Counted from the stretch's first letter, positions 22,465-36,400 are shown. The stretch is 64,000 nucleotides of DNA from Adineta vaga (GCA_021613535.1 CP075494.1:310001-374000); one strand, 5' to 3'. The notes: generated by a model from the sequence alone, not told the origin. Numbers and translations: made by a program.

Positions 22465-24573
22465 TCAAATGAAGTTAAAACCTTTCTCAAACATATCGAT
22501 CATTACTTGAGCGATATTTCGAGTGATTTCGTTATGAGTTGGATGATTTGATGGTAATGTTTCCCGAAAAATGGCAGCTGCTTTCTCCAGATAAGATAGA
22601 CCCTGTCGATAAGCACCACATTCGAATTCAAGAGCGGCCATCGATTTATACACTGTACCAATACTTGGATCATTGGCTCGAAGTGATTTTTGAAAAATCT
22701 TGAGAGCACATTTTATATGGGAACGAGCACGATCACATTGACCAAGTTTATGATATATATTAGTGATATTATTGTGTGAAATTCCCAATTCAGGATGATT
22801 AGGAGGAAGAATACTTTCTCGAATATTTAATGCTTTTTGATGATATATTAATGCGTTGTCATACTGATTTGTCTCTTCATACACATTCCCCATATTATTT
22901 AAACAAGCGGCTAAATCACGTCATAATGTTCACCAAAGATTTCCATCGCTATGGTATAGGATTGCAATGCGAAATGATATTATTTATTTCGCCAATGAAT
23001 ATTACCAATACTATTGTAAATACAAACAATGCGATAATCACCAACAGGTAATATCTGCTTATAATATTCGAGCGCTTTAGTTTGCCACATGAGAGCATTA
23101 TCTAAATCACCTTTAGCTGCTGCTACTAAACCTAATCCTTGATAACAGTTTGCAACAAGGTGATCTTCAGATTGTATTTCTGTAAGCATTCGATGGTAAA
23201 ATTTTTCGGCTTGATCAAGTCGTCCAGAATTTCGCATTAATGTTCCAAGTGTTAGAAGATTATCTTCTGATCCAATTCCTATATCTCTTTTAATCGATTC
23301 CATCAGATTGTGATTGTTATGATCATTCATCGAAGACAGTGTCATTTTGAATACGGTAATACTGTTTTCCATACAGATACTCTCCAATCTAAAGATACTT
23401 CCAATCATAAAAAGTGTTTCTTGTTCATCATTATCGAAAGCACTCATTTTCGTTATATCAGCGAATGGTTTAAGTGTATCGTTGATCTGATCTTCTGTTT
23501 TGATTTCAAATAAAATTGGATATAAATTATCATTACAAGTAGTTGGGTTGTCACCCAGAAGAAATAACGCACGTTGTCGATCACGTGTTGTTGACAAAAA
23601 CGAAACAAAACAAATCCGTCCTTCTATAGAATTCTTTAGTTGAACAAGTTCTTCACATGATATCAACTGTGCACGATATACGATATTCGTCACAAAACAA
23701 TTTTGTTGTTCACTTTGCAGTTGTTTCAATAGTTCATACATGTGCCGAATAAAGAAACGAAATTGAAAGAGCCATTCGATATCTTGTAAACGAAGAATTT
23801 TATTCAATTGTCGATAAAGAAATGTGTCTCGGGTATACCACCATAGAGCATATTCATTAGAATAATCTTGTTCAAATTCATCTATCATTGAAAGAATGCT
23901 ATTATTATTCTCATATTCTTTTCTGCACATATCAATGAATTCTTTTCGGTTGTTTTCACTGGGTTTTAGTCGTAGGAGAAGTTCAATAAGAAGTTGAGTA
24001 TGAAGAAAATTTCCATTCATATTTTCTCACGACCTTTGCACATTATTATAAATATTCAATACATTGAATACCAAAGGTTCACCAATTCGACGCCAATGTT
24101 TTCGATCTACAGTAATTTGATTTGTTAGGTACTCTATTGAGTTGAATATCTTAATCTAGACCACACAACAGTGTTAATAAAATTCTATAAATACTAATTA
24201 TAATGCTTACTTTGGTATATTGTTCTGTCCAAGGTAAATATTTTTTATTTTGATCTATACTTTCGAAAAGATAGATAGAAAAGACATGTGGAAAATGATG
24301 AATACGAGGTATGAACTCGTATCCTAATTCGTCTCCTATAATAATAAGATGATGACATTTTTCTGTTGATTGTCGAATATAACTTTCACATTGATCTGAT
24401 TGCTCAAAAGTGTCAATACAGTCAACTATGAAACGGAGACGTATTTTAATGTCCAAGTATTGATACATATTATTGATGTTTGTACAGAGCCATACAAGCG
24501 AAAATGTTGTTAAATCTATATTATTACTTTCTACTGGTGTCTGAAAATCTGTTACAGAAGTTGCAGCAGCCAT
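22465..24573 (-). pseudogene. Disrupted receiver-like + ART + TPR gene
   Basis: Exon 24573-24211, intron, exon from 24155. In-frame TGA at 24029-24027, TAA at 22982-22980 and a frameshift near 22915. ART motifs VYRAQ, FLSTTR and EQETLF are retained. Confidence 0.8.
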
Positions 24574-25680
24574 GTGCGTGTGTGGCGCGTCGTTGAGCAG
24601 AAGAAAAAAGAATCGACGATGCCTAAGAAAGGTTTAGATTTACTTTTTTTCTCTACATTGACGTGTTTCTCGGCAACATAATTACAATTTTTCTGCTTTC
24701 TTCTACTTGCTATTCATACAATAAGAAAGTAGTATGCACACTTGAATAAATTTTGCTTTTATGAATATTTTCCGATAAAAATAGTACCAATGAACAACCT
24801 TTGACGGTCGTTCTATTATTTAATACTTAGAGCAACGCAAAATTAATGTCGCCAAGATCTAACTCTCTAATAGTCGAAAAAAGAAAAAAAACAATTTCTT
24901 TTTGTGATAGATAGAGTGTCTTTCGATCTATCTTTTTATGCTATTTGATCGTTTTCATCCACTTCTAAAATAACAGATCTTGGTAAAAACTATTTACATT
25001 CGAAGCAGACCGTCTACATTACTAGGGGTACACAAGCTCAAGCTCACGAACCGACTCAAAAGAACTTTAGAACTGCAAAATCATTCATTTTAAACGAACT
25101 GAACTTCTCTCTACAGGCAAAATTTCAGATCGAAATATTATTGTTCAATTCTTATAGATGTACCGTATTTTATGATAGAATTCTATTACAATATTCATAA
25201 CTCGTCAAACCAAAAGTCTAAGAAAACTCAATTTCTTGGAGTTTTCATACTTTATTTAGCATCTATCAAAAACAAAGTTCGAACTCAAAAGTGATTAAAT
25301 AGTTAGCAATGTTCTTTTTAATGAATTTATTCCATAATAACTGTTTCATAATTTATTCTTAGTACTAAGCTCTATGTTCAACCCTTCGGGACAATGTCGC
25401 CAACCAATGGGCGACGCTATAGTTTAATGAGGAACTGTTATAAAAGTAATTTTACTTTTTTCTTAGGCAGAAGATTAAACATAACATGCCACATCTTCTA
25501 TATTCACTCTAGTATATAAGTATATATTAGGAAAACTATTCATTATTTCATTGATAGAGAACAAAATAGAAATAGAGTCGAAGGAAGAACCAGTCTGATA
25601 TAGAGATAACTCAAACTATTAAGCGAAAACAAAGATATCCGAACGAATTCATTTTCGTTATTGTTTGAACTATAGATTGG

Positions 25681-26269
25681 ATGCTACAAAGCCAGAGGGA
25701 ACGATATTATACAAGCACTGAATACGATTTTACTCAGATCCGAAGAAATGAATTACGTCGTCAGCAAGAAGAGCAAGACAGAAGATTAGCGGAAGAATAT
25801 GCAAGTCTTGAAATAGTAAGTCTCTCCACAAAACGTGTAATGTTTTCTTTTTGAACATGGTACGTGATTTCAGCGCAATGAACAACAACGATTGAAATCA
25901 GCTGCACGAACAGGTAAACCATTATTTATATATATATCTGACGAAGATGCATGCATTCATATGTTGTGCCATCTTGAGGGTTAAGGAGTGAACCTGGAAA
26001 CCCTTCACTTGTATTTTCAAACAAAAATATCGAGGCATAAATCTTTTTACTTAGAAAACAACACACCATCATATCAAAAAATATCCCGGAATTTTTCCGA
26101 AAAAAAACTTGGTTGTGGTGGTCACCGGTATGCTGTTTGTAAAGGTACCGACGATGATCTTGCTCGTGCTCGCTGTCGATATCCTCAATATTACGGGGGG
26201 AAAACAGACGCAAAAAAAGTTAACTTTGTTAGTGGTTATGATCGCCCAATATGTGTATGTGATGATTAA
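25681..26269 (+). CDS. Small spliced protein: coiled coil plus Cys-containing C-terminus, unknown function
   Basis: Three exons in compatible phases: MLQSQRERYY...EEYASLEI, RNEQQRLKSAART, and ENNTPSYQ...CGGHRYAVC...CRYP...CVCDD*. The true start is uncertain. Confidence 0.5.
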
Positions 26270-26791
26270 AGTATGGTAGAAGGAGTATCTGCCGAATTCG
26301 ACTTATAATATAAATCCAGAAACATAACTACTGTGCATTTATTTTTCTAGTTCAAGCACTGAAATTAGTTTTTTTCCTTATTATTTAGTGTTCGACTAAA
26401 TTAGTTGCTGACAAGCAAAAGCTGAGACTATTAGATGGGTCCCGTTTTCAATTTATTTATGATATTAGTTGAAGGATGAACAAATAGCATAGAAAATAGA
26501 ACATTCATTCCTATCAGAACACGTAGAAAGAAGGTTTGTTAAAAGCTTTCTATATGGTAGCCAAATGTTTCTGTCACTACATTTGGTAAGCTCGAGGAGA
26601 ATGAAGCTCTATTGGGGGTAATAATTTTGTGTTTTTATATCGTGTTTTCTTAGATTTTTAATATTTATCAATGCTTGTACAAGAGGATGTTTAGTGTCTA
26701 ATGCTTTTACTATCGTTTCATATCCGGAACAAACTAATAATGAAAAAGTTGGTAAATGTTCAGCTAAAATATTTTCGATAATTGTGCCAAG

Positions 26792-27500
26792 CTAATAACC
26801 TCTATTTTCTTTCAGAAATCTGGATAATTGTCTTATAATTCGTGCATTTCTGATGGCTTGTCTGTCTAATCTTGACATAAGTCGCGAATAAAAGATCAAG
26901 GTTAATCGAAAACTGGATAATTCACCAATCATATACGATAAAACTGGCTCATTTTTATCTTTTTCTGTTAAATATCCTTTCAAATAAGTATATCCTCTTT
27001 TTCTCGGAATGTCGTAATCCATTTCCATAAGCTGTGTATAATCACAACAAATATCGGGATTCACATAATTGAAAAACAAATCTATTAATCGCCAACGCAT
27101 GATGACATTTCAATACTGGTAGCACCATCCGAAACACATACTAAGATTTGTCAACCCTGCTTTAAAAATCATATAAGGTGTCCTGCTAAATACTAAATCA
27201 TCAAAAGTTCCTTTCGGAGACACTTTCATTATTCCGTGATCAGGTGACCATATTTCAAGTTTTGTTTTCTAAAAATTTGTCCAATGATTCTTTCATATCA
27301 TCCTTGAATCTTACAATCTCATCATAAATATCTCTCGAACTTAATTAAATATTCATTCACAATTCTTTTTGTCTCAGATGTTTTGACAATATCGCATTGA
27401 ACATAGCTATGTCTCCGCTTATATTGTCAACCAAAGATAAAATTTTCGGATCATTTTCTTCAAATAAGAAGTCATAACTGGCGCTTGCCAAAGAACCTAG
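26792..27500 (-). pseudogene. Unknown, probably disrupted multi-exon gene
   Basis: 102-aa ORF at 27100-26792 with coding-like, splice-bounded segments upstream that contain stops. No family recognised. Confidence 0.3.
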
Positions 27501-27545
27501 GATGTAAGGAACGTTGATCTAAGTCCCTATAGTTTTTACGTATGA

Positions 27546-27606
27546 TTGAGGGTGTGGGTGTTAAAATAGATGACACTTGGATGCACACCCACCCACACTC
27601 ACTCAA
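27546..27606. repeat. Telomere-hexamer palindrome
   Basis: TTGAGGGTGTGGGTG...CACACCCACCCACACTCACTCAA. Confidence 0.85.
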
Positions 27607-28043
27607 TATATGACAGTCTAATTCTGAATTTCGATATTAAATACTTTGTATTTGAAGTTTTAGTTAATAATATTGGTGCAATAATAAAAGAAAGGTTGAT
27701 AAAAAGAAAACGAAAATAAGTTTTTAAAAACAAAAAAAACACTAGATGCTGTAAATGAATTACAAAATAATTCGAAATTTCTACATAATAATATCTATAT
27801 AATATGAGTTATTATTTCTGCCAGGGTCTGCAAGGGTCTGAGGGTGTGGGTGATGGTTGGATTTTTTATGACGAAGTGATCATCTTGTAAAACAACAAGT
27901 GGCTCTTGGGGACATCGGCTGGTGGTAGATCCTTTTAGACTCTGGTAGAAATAACAACATATATTGTATACATATCATTATATAGAAGTTTTGAATTATT
28001 TTGTAATTCATTTTCGGCATGGACTCAAAAAAAGAAATCATTA

Positions 28044-29769
28044 TCATTGAATACAAGTGGCATTAATAATTGTATAACTACCCCACCAAGTTGTCCATGA
28101 TTTAGAAGTGATACCGTTTTGTGTGCTACCTATATAACTACTTTGGCCTGGAAGAATTTTGAATGTGACTATGCATATTTGATTAAGCTGAACAAAACCA
28201 GAATGTACAACAGCCACGGCAAGAGGCGAATCATCGGTGTAAATCATCGAACCCCATACATCATCACTATTAGATCCTACCACAAGGAACGCCAGAGTTT
28301 GATCAGTATCTCTATATTCTACCAGATTTGGCGGAGCTGCTGGAGCGAAGATTGGAGCTAAAAAATATAATTTAATTATTGAGAGAACAAGAAATGTTAA
28401 GGGAGAGAATAGTTTTCATGTCATATAGTCGACACCTTCAATTCAGTGGAATTCGATTCAAGTACTCAGTTTTAGCCTTTAGTGCATCAACATAAATTAT
28501 CGAATGATTTTCTTTTGACATATTCTAAAGAGAGAAGATCTAATATTCGGCGCAATTTAAAATGCTTTTTTTTGTAAATGATTAGTTCGTTTTACCAAAT
28601 ATTTGCTTTGAAGCAACGTGATTTCTTACTTGTTATATTTAATCGTGAAAAACTAACGGTTGCTGGACCATTTGCAATGATCGAGAATATTCCCATCACG
28701 TTTAGATTGTAAGTCGTTACCACCAAAGTAAATGTCATTATAGAATCTGCATTAATATCGAATAGAAATTGACGATTTTTACCCTCATCATCACTAGATC
28801 TTATCAGATTTGAAGATGGAATTAACGGATGGAAACTGTTGTTGTATATATATCCATATGTATCCATATTACTACTGCCCACAACAGTATAATTTCCACT
28901 AATAGTCATATTGATTTGAATGACATCATAATAATTATACGCCGATAATTCACAGGTATGAGGATTGTTTGGACGACAAAAGATTCTAGTAGCATCATTT
29001 AAAGATGATGAGTATACAGATTGTTTGTTTGACATATTATCTATTCATTAAATAGAAAAAAAATGAATATAGATATTCATTTAGGAGAACAAACATTTTA
29101 ATAATACTATACAGTTGTTGATATTGAAACAAGGAAACTTTTAATTATTTACTTTAAAGGAATCAGATTATTTTTTAATAGTGAGAAATTTTAATGATCG
29201 AGTTGCGATATTACCCTTATTTAAGTGTCAAAAATATATATGAACAAACTCTGATTTGGATTGTAATTTTACTTGTATTTTCGGAATTTGTTATTGTAAC
29301 ACCACTGATAGATATGATTGTGGTATTTGCTGCATTCGTGATCATGCTAGCCATAGTATTTGTTGAGTTACCTAGAAAAGTTGAGAGATAAAAGGAGATA
29401 TTATACTATCGTTTACGTAGGATATCAAAATTGAAATTTAGGAATAGATTTTAAATATAGGACTCAACTTTTCGTGTTACACAACTAATTTTCTCAAATG
29501 AATTAAATTGAGAAAGACTTATTTCTGAAAAGCATAACATCTTAAAGTTACCATTTCCTTCTGTTATATTTATTGGCATTGTTGTTGTTGTTTCATCTAT
29601 CAAATAGACAAACTTAAATAGGCAAAATAGATTATCGAAAGTTATTCTTACTTGATGTTAAAACTTTATTCTTTGGTTGTCGAAGATGCAGAATCACTGG
29701 AATAGTAGTAACTATGGTTATTATAATGACCAATAATAGTACTAAGCCAGATTTGTAGAAAATGTGCAT
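28044..29769 (-). CDS. Type II membrane protein: signal anchor, Thr-rich stalk, beta-sandwich domain, C-terminal LCCL domain
   Basis: ATG at 29769 gives MHIFYKSGLVLLLVIIITIVTTIPVILHLR. Short Thr-rich exons follow, then an exon with MDTYGYIYNNSF...SDDEG, and a last exon VWGSMIYTDDSPLAVAVVHSG...GQSSYIGSTQNGITS (LCCL signature). Confidence 0.75.
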
Positions 29770-30407
29770 TATTGAGAAAAACCACGTATCTGAAAGAAAA
29801 AAAATCAGAATTTACACTTAAGACTAAAGTAAATCCTTTCTCCTCTATTCGAGATTTTTAATTGCTGAGTTTGTAACCGACAAGTACATAATAAGTAATA
29901 TGTGCATTCTAATGATGTCGTTTTGTTGCAACAAAGAATGAGCATGACCAACAGAAAAAAATCAAATTATTGAAATGCTCCTTATGTCCATTACTAGAAT
30001 GTAGATTTTTCTATGTGTCTTATTTTTATTGCTATTACGTCTTCCTTACTATACGACAAACCTACGCAACTTTAAAGCAATTAAAAGGAAAGTTTTTAGC
30101 CTATACAACACTATTTCTCATTTTTCCTAAAAGAAATTATTTTTTCTGACTTTGTTGGTTCCACATCAATTGCATCTCACGTTCCTGATTTAGTTCTACA
30201 ATAATTTTTTCCTGACTCGCCTTGTTTTACTCCGATTGCATTTCTCTCTCGTTTTTTTCTGAATAATTCATTATCATCACATTAACTGTGGGAGAAACTA
30301 CTTTTCCTGACTTTCTGTTTTTTATGATATTTGAATATCACTATTCTAACATGTATTTTGAAAATCAGTTTATTTCAAATTCTACAACACGGCAAACTGA
30401 CGCTGAG

Positions 30408-33400
30408 ATGAATGGTAAGTCAATTTTATTTGTTCGGTTTGTTATTATTCAAAAATGATGTATTCCATTGAAAACTTCTGTTTCGATTCGATTTTTGCGG
30501 ATTATTTTTTCTGTTTGTGATAAGTATTGTCCCATATCACACTATATAGATATATATATGAAGAAGAATATTTGTGTGTTTGTCTGTCTATCGGTTGGCT
30601 ATGCATTCACTCCCCGTAATAATTATTGTTACTAAATTTTCCATAATTCTTCATTAGGCCCCGAAAAAAAAGATAAAAAGAAGTTAGTGCTCATCTGAGA
30701 GTATGAATATGAGTGCCAGTGAGTGTTTGGGTTACCCTCACCCGCAAATAACAACGCATCACAAAACTCAACTTTTTCTTTATATCTAGTAATGACGATT
30801 CATCACCGGATTCGACCGTTATGGCTCAAGTTAAAAGATTTCTATGAGACTTTTAATTTATTTCCATCAATACCACCAACAACAAATGAATACGAACTTC
30901 GAAATCAGAAAATATCAACAAGAATATATATTATTTTGTTATTTATTGTATTAACAATTCTTCTATTATATAATTCATTGGCAACTATTACTCAAACTAT
31001 CATTGTTAAAACACCCACTCTTGAACAATATACAAATTTATATGTTAAATATCCTCAAACTCTCACATGTCCATGTACAAAAATCTCAATTAAATATGAA
31101 AGTCTTGTTAATGTTCAATATTCATTTCATGAAGTATGCACAAGTGACTTTGTAACCGATCAATGGATCAATTATCTTGCTGCATCTTTTACAAACATTA
31201 CAGTGAATTATGACGACTTTCGTTGGACTGCTTCAAAGTCATTTCAAGCTCTACGTGCATTTTGTGAGCTGATGAATACAACACTTTCAGATAGTTTAGA
31301 TCGATTCTATTCAAGTGAATATGTTAGTGCATTTGTTACACCTTCCGAATTATTTCATTCACGAGTTCAAGCATTGCTTCATCAATTTATATTGAAAACA
31401 CAAAAAAGTTTTTTATCCTCTCTGTCTCTTATACAAAACATAATATTGGGCAATTCTTTGTTGTCTGCATTACAAACAGCTCACTTTCTCTACATACCAG
31501 AGCAGAGTCAATATGGAAGTACATGGTCTCGTTCTTATGATGACTGTAGTTGTGACTTGTCTTCATCATGTAGTTATGAATCTGCTATGCGAACTTATCC
31601 TGATGGAGAAGTGAAGTTCACTGTGCCTGGATTTTACGTAGGATGTTATACCATTGAATCATTATTTAAGTCAACTTTAGAATGTTTTTTCAATCAAACA
31701 TGTATAAATACGCTACAATCATATTCTACATCACCTGTACGAGTAAATGTAAGATCACTCAATTCATCATTATTAAGTCAATATTCTGTAAGTTCAACAA
31801 TACAAGATCTTGTGAATCATTTAATGGTAGAAAAATGGGATCCATCCGAAAAATACAAGAAATATTATGATGATTGTCTACCTGAACAGTGTGTTTATAG
31901 TTATTCAGCGAGAAATGATATTACTTACATTGTGACAATATTGGTTGGCTTGCTTGGTGGTTTAATGACAGTTTTGAAACTTGTTGTACCACCATTAGTC
32001 AAATTTGTGAGACGAAAGTTAATAGTGCCAAGACTGCAAACGGGTAAGATATAAGATTCGAATATACTTTATACAGTAAATATTCTTGTTTCTTGTCATG
32101 TAGTTTTGGTTCGTATCAGAGATGTGCGGGGCAGCGATTTTTCATGCCCCGCGGGATCCGATCCATTAAAACTACATCACCACTCCGCCCGTCCCCGTGA
32201 AACCCGAACGAATTTTTTTTTTCAATTAACTCGGTCTAGATAATTTTTTCTACATACCTGATCAGTTTATTACAAAAAATATTAGAGAAAGTTTATAATT
32301 GACTTGTTTCATGACGAGCAGCTGATCGAAGGAGTATAGTATCGTTCACTGTTGATGGATTAAGATTGGTCCTTTTTTTAGATACAATAAACCTAGCAGA
32401 AATAAAAGCCCGCTTCACTGCTGCAGATTATTCTCTTTGCTAAGTTTGACATATTTGGTCACAGTGATTCTTGTTCTTTCCAGAAAATAACTGAATTATT
32501 ATCTGTATCATCTAACGATGTACATTTTCTCAACTTCATCTGTAGAAGCATTTCTAACGCATCTCCCAACATGTATGGAACTTGTTATTTTATTCATTAA
32601 TTCATCATCAGGATCATCATCGAATTGTGATGTATAAGATTTGAACTTCTTTGCCAGTGGAAAAGTAAAATTGATGATTGTCGAAAATTTCGCGTCCTGC
32701 CGAACCCCTGTAAATTTATCCTCGCCCGCCTGAAGCCCGTGTCTCTCTGTCTATTGTCTTATTCGCCCAAACCATCCCGAACAAATTAAAAAATTAGGAG
32801 AGGACTATCGTAAAAATCTGCATTCGTAATGGGCATCATTCAATCGTTATCTTTCAATGAATATCAAGAGTAGAAAGTTTTTTTCTAACCAGCGGAATCT
32901 TCATGTGTTTTTTGGTTTATAAATGAGTCAAAAAGCAAATTTTTATACGAGAAATTTTCCGCCCGAATAGAGGAGAGAAAAGCAGCGATTCGAACGAGCC
33001 CTACAGTTCAGAAAACAATTTAAAAGTCACTTGAAGTCAGCCAAGATTTTTCGAAGTTTGCTGAGGTTATATTAATTTTAGATTATTTTTCTATTTTTCG
33101 TCGATTATTACTAATTCAGTTAGCCTTCCAAAATACAAAAATGACTATCGAACTCTTACAGACCTCACTTACAGCAGAGTTGACACTATTTTCATGTCTG
33201 ACAATCTTAACTAAAATACTAGCTTGCATAGAGCAGAACTATCGGTTTATAGATTCCTAATAGCGCACAAAGTAATCCTTTGCATCCTGTTGAATTCTAC
33301 GATCGATATACTGGAAAGATCATACTAACCACAGTTGACCTATCAAGAAAAAATGTAGACAAATATTTGGAAATCATTGCAAATTTATCAAAATTCACTT

Positions 33401-36400
33401 TATTCCTATAAACATGTCATAGTCTGTCAATGCATCGATTGATTCAAACACTACAACTAGAAAAAAAAAGTAAAATAAACGCCATATTACCAAAGAGATA
33501 AAAACTCGAAATAATTCCTTGTGCACTTCAAAGTCTTTCAGCTCGGTCTCTATATGTAAATGGATAGTACATTTTTTCCTTTAAGATGATGTCGAACAAC
33601 GACAACAACAAACTGGTAGCTTCTTAACAAAATCAAAACATTTCATTTCTACATTCAATTTATTTCCATCAATACCACCAACAACAAATGAATACGAACT
33701 TCGAAATCAGAAAATATCAACAAGAATATATATTATTTTGTTATTTATTGTATTAACAATTCTTCTATTATATAATTCATTGGCAACTATTACTCAAACT
33801 ATCATTGTTAAAACACCCACTCTTGAACAATATACAAATTTATATGTTAAATATCCTCAAACTCTCACATGTCCATGTACAAAAATCTCAATTAAATATG
33901 AAAGTCTTGTTAATGTTCAATATTCATTTCATGAAGTATGCACAAGTGATTTTGTAACCGATCAATGGATCAATTATCTTGCTGCATCTTTTACAAACAT
34001 AATGGTATGGGCCGTAGACTTTCGTTGGACTGCTTCAAAGTCATTTCAAGCTCTACGTGCATTTTGTGAGCTGATGAATACAACACTTTCAGATAGTTTA
34101 GATCGATTTTATTCAAGTGAATATGTTAGTGCATTTGTTACACCTTCAGAATTACTTCATTCACAAATTCAAGAATCAGTTCATCAATTTAGAATATCAA
34201 CAACAAATAATCTGTTATCTTCTCTTTCTTTAATACGAGACACTACTCAAGGCAATACTTTATATACTGGACAACTGACAAATTTTAAATTATACATTCC
34301 GAATTCTGTTGGTTCTGCAATTTCATACACCGTTCAACACGGTAACTGTACTTGTGATACTTCACCAAAATGTACTGCTCAATCTAGTATGTGGAACTGG
34401 TATAATAACACACATGAGTTCAGTGTACCTGGTTTTTATGAGGGATGTTATATCGTTGAATCGTTATTTCAATCAACTTTAGAATGTTTTTTCAATCAAA
34501 CATGTATAAATGTACTACAATCATATTGTACATCACCAGAACGAATAAATATAACAGCACTCAACTCATCATTGTTAAGTCAACATTCTGTAAATTCAAG
34601 AATACAAGATCTTATCAATTACTTAATGGTAGAAAAATGGAATTCATCGGAAAATTATAAGAATTATTATGATGAATGTCGATCTGAAAAGTGTATTTAT
34701 AGTTATAGTACGAGAAATGGTATTATTTACATAGTGACAACAGTGCTTGGACTTGTCGGTGGTTTGATGACACTTTTGAAACTTATTGTACCACGATTGA
34801 TCAAGTTTGTGAGAGAAAATTTGATAATGCCAAGACCACAAACAGGTAAGAAAGAATTGAAAATGACTTTGAAAACTAATAGATTGTGCATCATTTTATT
34901 ACTGGAATTTCTATTCTGACTATCTTTGAACGATCATGATGCTTTTCGTCAATAATAAGCACACCGAAAGTTACAATCCCCGAATCGATATAGGAGTCTG
35001 TGTTAGTTTTCATATTTTGTACATGCAGAGTAGGCGAGTGAGTTTTCGATAATCTTATTTTCGTAGAAGTAAATAGACTAAATATTATTTTGATCCAATA
35101 TCTACAGGAATGTTCTTTATCACATATAACTCGTTATTCTATTAACAACTCCCATTCATTGAAACTTATGATGACTCTAGCATATCCCACACTATGATCA
35201 ATACATTCAGAACAAATGAAACACGACTAAAGTTCAACAAGAAATGTTATTATTCTTTGATAAAACTTTTTTCTTCTTTGAGATGATGTCGAACAACGAC
35301 AACAACAAACTGGTAGCTTCTTAACAAAATCAAAACATTTCATTTCTACATTCAATTTATTTCCATCAATACCACCAACAACAAATGAATACGAACTTCG
35401 AAATCAGAAAATATCAACAAGAATATATATTATTTTGTTATTTATTGTATTAACAATTCTTCTATTATATAATTCATTGGCAACTATTACTCAAACTATC
35501 ATTGTTAAAACACCCACTCTTGAACAATATACAAATTTATATGTTAAATATCCTCAAACTCTCACATGTCCATGTACAAAAATCTCAATTAAATATGAAA
35601 GTCTTGTTAATGTTCAATATTCATTTCATGAAGTATGCACAAGTGACTTTGTATCTGATCAATGGATCAATTCACTTATATTAACTTCTAAAAAAGTTAA
35701 AGTGAATTATGACGATTTTCGATGGACAGGAGCATATGCATTTCAAGCTCTACGTGCATTTTGTGAGCTGATGAATACAACACTTTCAGATAGTTTAGAT
35801 CGATTCTATTCAAGTAAATATGTTAGTGCATTTGTTACACCTTCAGAATTATTTCGTTCACAAATCCAAGAGTCAGTTCATCAGTTTAGAATATCAACAA
35901 CAAATAGTCTTTTATTGTCTTTTTCTCTCATACGAGAAACAACTGTAGACAATAGTTTACTTTCTGCACTGCAAACAAATTATTACCTATATGCAATAGA
36001 TGGTGATAGGACTATATACTCAACAGCACGTGTCTATGGTAATTGTAGCTGTGCTTCGTCAGTCACATGTAGTTATGAATCTGCTATGCGAACTTATCCT
36101 GATGGAGAAGTGAAGTTCACTGTGCCTGGATTTTACGTAGGATGTTATACCATTGAATCATTATTTAAGTCAACTTTAGAATGTTTTTTCAATCGAACAT
36201 GTGTTAATATGTTACAATCTTATTTTAATCCTAGTGAACGAATAAATGTAAGATCACTCAATTCATCATTATTAAGTCAATATTCTGTAAGTGCAACGAT
36301 ACAGGATCTTGTGAATCATTTAATGGTAGAAAAATGGAATCCATCCGAAAAATACAAGAATTACTATAATGAATGTCGACCTGAACAATGTATTTATAGT

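Noticed and set aside
24027-24029. In-frame TGA as selenocysteine or programmed readthrough
   Set aside because: The same gene also has a TAA and a frameshift, and the position is a non-catalytic linker. Simple decay is more parsimonious.
25022-25420. Transposon-like termini (TAGGGGTACAC; AACCCTTCGGGACAATGTCGCC)
   Set aside because: No partner ends were found; too fragmentary to call.
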